A stretch of DNA of 64,000 nucleotides from an uncultured Gemmatimonadaceae bacterium (GTDB lineage: Bacteria > Gemmatimonadota > Gemmatimonadetes > Gemmatimonadales > Gemmatimonadaceae), in the NCBI GenBank assembly GCA_963843845.1, contig CAWJMB010000002.1, forward strand, positions 2,944,001 to 3,008,000, in the 5' to 3' direction. A model generated the notes under the pieces. It was not told where the DNA came from. It saw only the letters and a list, made by a program, of their open reading frames with translations, and did not search any database. Position 1 is the first letter of the stretch. Every line of letters starts with the position of its first letter. A program made the translations under genes and the position numbers. Shown here one piece after another: positions 60,968 through 64,000 of the stretch.

Positions 60968-62539
60968 TCAGTACCACTGGAAGCTGGAGGAGGCCATCGC
61001 GAGCGCCATCGCTCTCGCGGATGCGGGTCGCGCTCGTCGGCGTGGTTCTGAGATACGCGACCAGCTCGGCGCGTGTGCGGTCGCTCATCTCGCCGCCGAA
61101 CACCCGCTTGCCGATCGCGTTCGCGACCGCCTCGGCGGTGCCTAACGCCTGACAGGGTGGCCACCTCGACGACGACCTCGCCCGCGGCGTAGTTCGAGAC
61201 TGCGGTCGACGCGTTCCACCGCGGCAGGAGGTTGCCGGCCCAGTACTCCACCTGGTCCGGGTAGCCGTCCGGGGTCTCCCAGGTGAACTGCGTGTGCCCC
61301 AACGAACTCAGCAGCCGGTTCGGCGCCGCGAGCCCCGTGACCGTCGGATTCGCCGCGCGAAGGGCCGAGACGAGCCAGTGGAACGGGCGCTTGAACTTCG
61401 CCGGCGCCTGCTGCATGTGGTCGAAGCTCAGCGATCGCGCGCAACATCGACTTGATGTCGCCGCCCGTCGTCGTGTAGACCGCCGAGACGGCGTCGACCA
61501 TCGCCTTCGATGGTTCGTACCAGAGGAACCATCGGAGCATCTTCGTGGCGATGAACTTCGCGGTGTCCGGATGCTTCACGAGCATGTCGAGCACCTGCTC
61601 GCCCTCGGTCACGCCCTGCGGGTTCGTCTGGTTCAGTGCGTTCATCGCGGGGAAGGCGGTGCCGAGGAACGTCTTCGCCGTGAAGTCGTGCAGCGACGGC
61701 GAGAAGGCGAAGTCGCCGCGCCCCGCCACCGTCCACCCCGTGAGGATGCGCGACAGCTCGGCGACGTCCTGCTGCGTGTACGCTCCCTCCACGCCGAGGG
61801 TGTGCAGCTCCATGATCTCGCGCGCGTAGTTCTGGTTCGGCGACTGGCGGCGGCTCGTGAACTGATCGAGGTAGACGAGCATCGCGGCGCTGTGCGCGCT
61901 CGCCTTCAGCAGCTGCGGGAACGTCGTCATCGCGTACTTGCGGATGACCTCCCGATCGTCGAGCACCTTCAGGTAGCCGGCCTTCGACATCGCGATGTTG
62001 AAGTGGTCGCTCCAGAACTCGACGACGCGCTGGTAGAGCTGGCGCTTGGAGAACGCCGCGCGGTAGAGCGTCGCCTCCTGCAACTGCGTCTGGAGCTGGC
62101 CGGCGTCCATCGCGTAGATGTCCACACCGGTCAACGCGAGGTTCGGCCACTTCGTCCTCACGAAGGTCTCGACCGCCGTGTCGTCGATCGCCTCGTGATT
62201 CAGGTGGTAGTTCAGGTACCCCGAGTAGCCGAGCGCGCGGGCTCGCTGCGCCTCTTCCGCCGTGAGACCGAGCGTCACGCGGCGCGCGAGGCGGAGCGAC
62301 CAGTTCTCCCACTCCTCGGTCGGGTCGAGCTGCCACGGCATCTGCACGGCGTTGACGCCGGCGAACTTGCGCGGGAGCTGCGCGCGGAGCCGCTTCGGGG
62401 GCTGGGCGCTCGGGGCGCGCGGGGCGAGCTGCGCGTCGGCGGTGACCGGGGTCGCGCCGGCGACGGCCGCGATGCCGGCGGCGGCGAGAGGGGCACGACG
62501 GAGAAACTCCCGGCGGGACGACGCGTGCGTCTGGCTCAT
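60968..62539 (-). CDS. DUF1800 domain protein (frame breaks near 61435, 61150, 61010)
   Basis: Motifs SRREFL, FWSDHFN, AMLVYLD, NQNYAREIMELHTLG, LTGW, KFKRP, PDGYP, FQWY*. Confidence 0.9.
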
Positions 62540-62700
62540 GGCACAGCCTTGGAGCGGGGTGACATCGACGGCGGGACCGCGACTGGATCGTAGGAGTGAC
62601 GACGCAGCCTCAGCAGTGTTAACAGAATGCGGATCGATTCCCGCTCGATCCAGGGTGCGGGCCACAAAATCTTCTCGCGCTGCCGCGCCGCCGGGTGGGT

Positions 62701-63888
62701 TCAGAGCGCGACGTTCACGGAGTAGACCGCCTGCAGCATCGCGAGCGCGACGAAGCCGACGATCGCGCCGAACAGCACGATCAGCGCGGGCTCCAGGAGC
62801 CCGACCGCCGCACGCAGCGTGCGGCGGACCTCGGCGTCGTAGCTGTCGGCGGCTCTGAGCGCGAGCGTGTCGAGCCGGCCACTCTCCTCGCCGGCGGCGA
62901 GCAGTTGCGATGCGAGCGGCGGCAGCACCGTCCCGAGCGCGTCGGACAGTCGCTCGCCACGCGCGACGGCGGCGGCGGCGCGCTCGACGCCGGCGGCGGT
63001 CGCGCGGTTGGGCGCCGCGGTGGCCGCGATGCGGAGCGCGGGAACGAGCCGCATCCCGGCGCGCAGCAGCAGTCCGAGCGTCCGCGTCACCCGCGCGGCG
63101 CCGAGCGCACGTTCGAGCGTGCCGACGACCGGCCAGCCGAGCCGCGCCGCATCGAAGCGCAGCCGATGCTCCGGCCGCCCGAGCCACCGCCGCGCGCCGA
63201 CGACGCCGATCGCGATCAGCGCGAGCCAGATCCACCAGCCGCCGATCGCGACGTGGCTCGCGGCGACGAGGATCCGCGTCGAGCGCGGCAGCGTGCCGCC
63301 GGTCTCGTCGAGCAGCGCGACGAAGCGCGGCACGACGGCGGTCAGCAGCACGACGACGCCGAACCCCGACATGGCAGCCATGAGCGCGGGGTAGAGCAGC
63401 GCGCCCTGCACCTGCGCGCGCAGCTCGGCGTCCTCGTCGAGATAGTCGGCGAGGCGCTCGGCGGCGGGGGCGAGCGCGCCCGCCTCCTCGCCCGCCGCGA
63501 TCGTCGCGACGTACAGGCGCCCGAACACGCGCGGGTGCCGGCCCAACGACTCGGCGAGCCCGACGCCCTGCTGCACGTCGCGTCGCACGCCGTCGGCTGC
63601 AGCGACGACGTCCGGGTGCGTGGCCTGCGCCGCCGCGAGCCGCAGCGCGCGATCGAGCGGGATGCCGGCGCCGAGGAGTGCGGCGAGCGCGCGGGTGAAC
63701 GCGGCGACGGCAGGCGCGCGTCGCGAGCGGGCGGCGGCGCGTGGCGGCGCGTCGCCGACGTCGAGCGGCACGAGCCCGCGGCGCCGCAGTTCGGCGAGCG
63801 CGCTGTCCCGGTCGGCGGCGTGTAGCTCGCCGTCGACGACGCGGCCGTCGGCCGTCGCGGCGCGCCAGCGGAACGCGGAGGCCGTCAC
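62701..63888 (-). CDS. gspF: type II secretion system / type IV pilus inner-membrane protein F (GspF/PilC)
   Basis: Motifs FTR.LA.LL.AG.PL, GEEAG.L, ALLYP, GEESGRL, LEP. Confidence 0.9.
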   Translation of the reverse strand: MTASAFRWRAATADGRVVDGELHAADRDSALAELRRRGLVPLDVGDAPPRAAARSRRAPAVAAFTRALAALLGAGIPLDRALRLAAAQATHPDVVAAADGVRRDVQQGVGLAESLGRHPRVFGRLYVATIAAGEEAGALAPAAERLADYLDEDAELRAQVQGALLYPALMAAMSGFGVVVLLTAVVPRFVALLDETGGTLPRSTRILVAASHVAIGGWWIWLALIAIGVVGARRWLGRPEHRLRFDAARLGWPVVGTLERALGAARVTRTLGLLLRAGMRLVPALRIAATAAPNRATAAGVERAAAAVARGERLSDALGTVLPPLASQLLAAGEESGRLDTLALRAADSYDAEVRRTLRAAVGLLEPALIVLFGAIVGFVALAMLQAVYSVNVAL

Positions 63889-64000
63889 GTCGGACGTGGC
63901 GGCGGGGTCGGCAGGACGGCGTCGCTCGCGCGGGGGCGATCGTGCGTGGTCGGCGCTGCGGGCTCCCGCTCGCCGACGACGCGCAACACTTCCTCGACCG
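63885..64000 (-). CDS. C-terminal end of probable GspE/PilB ATPase (partial)
   Basis: VEEVLRV motif typical of GspE C-termini; its TGA overlaps the gspF GTG. Confidence 0.65.
   Translation of the reverse strand, partial: VEEVLRVVGEREPAAPTTHDRPRASDAVLPTPPPRPT

Overview
Very GC-rich bacterial chromosome segment (roughly 70-75% GC by eye). Gene content and style suggest Gemmatimonadota (inference). It carries about 60 CDS and two tRNAs (Gln-CTG, Ala-CGC). I found no CRISPR array, rRNA, integrase or transposase. Many genes have single-base frame breaks, very dense at about 18.8-35.5 kb and also near 1-8 kb and 60.5-61.5 kb. These look like long-read consensus errors rather than pseudogenisation, so boundaries there are reconstructed and approximate. 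Main highlights: (1) A lipid-storage-like cluster of phaR, a patatin, an ABC1 kinase, a class I HMG-CoA-reductase-like enzyme with an extra N-terminal domain, a stand-alone copy of that domain, and a WS/DGAT. The reductase keeps its catalytic residues but appears to lack HMG-carboxylate contacts, so it may be an acyl-CoA-to-alcohol reductase feeding wax-ester synthesis. (2) The 7-mer GTTAGGC/GCCTAAC recurs at least 18 times and accounts for most of the TTA codons I saw. (3) A photoactive-yellow-protein homologue with Tyr42/Glu46/Cys69 lies 10 nt upstream of a pterin-carbinolamine dehydratase. Also noted: an unassigned rod-like RNA upstream of phaR, a Cys-less HMA protein, an orphan type-II-like DNA methyltransferase, an mntH-usp-mntR locus with a clear operator, a TonB-type receptor with an LTxxQ C-terminal tail, and a Pro-rich OMP next to an L,D-transpeptidase. 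Family calls come from motif recognition by eye; no database searches were run.
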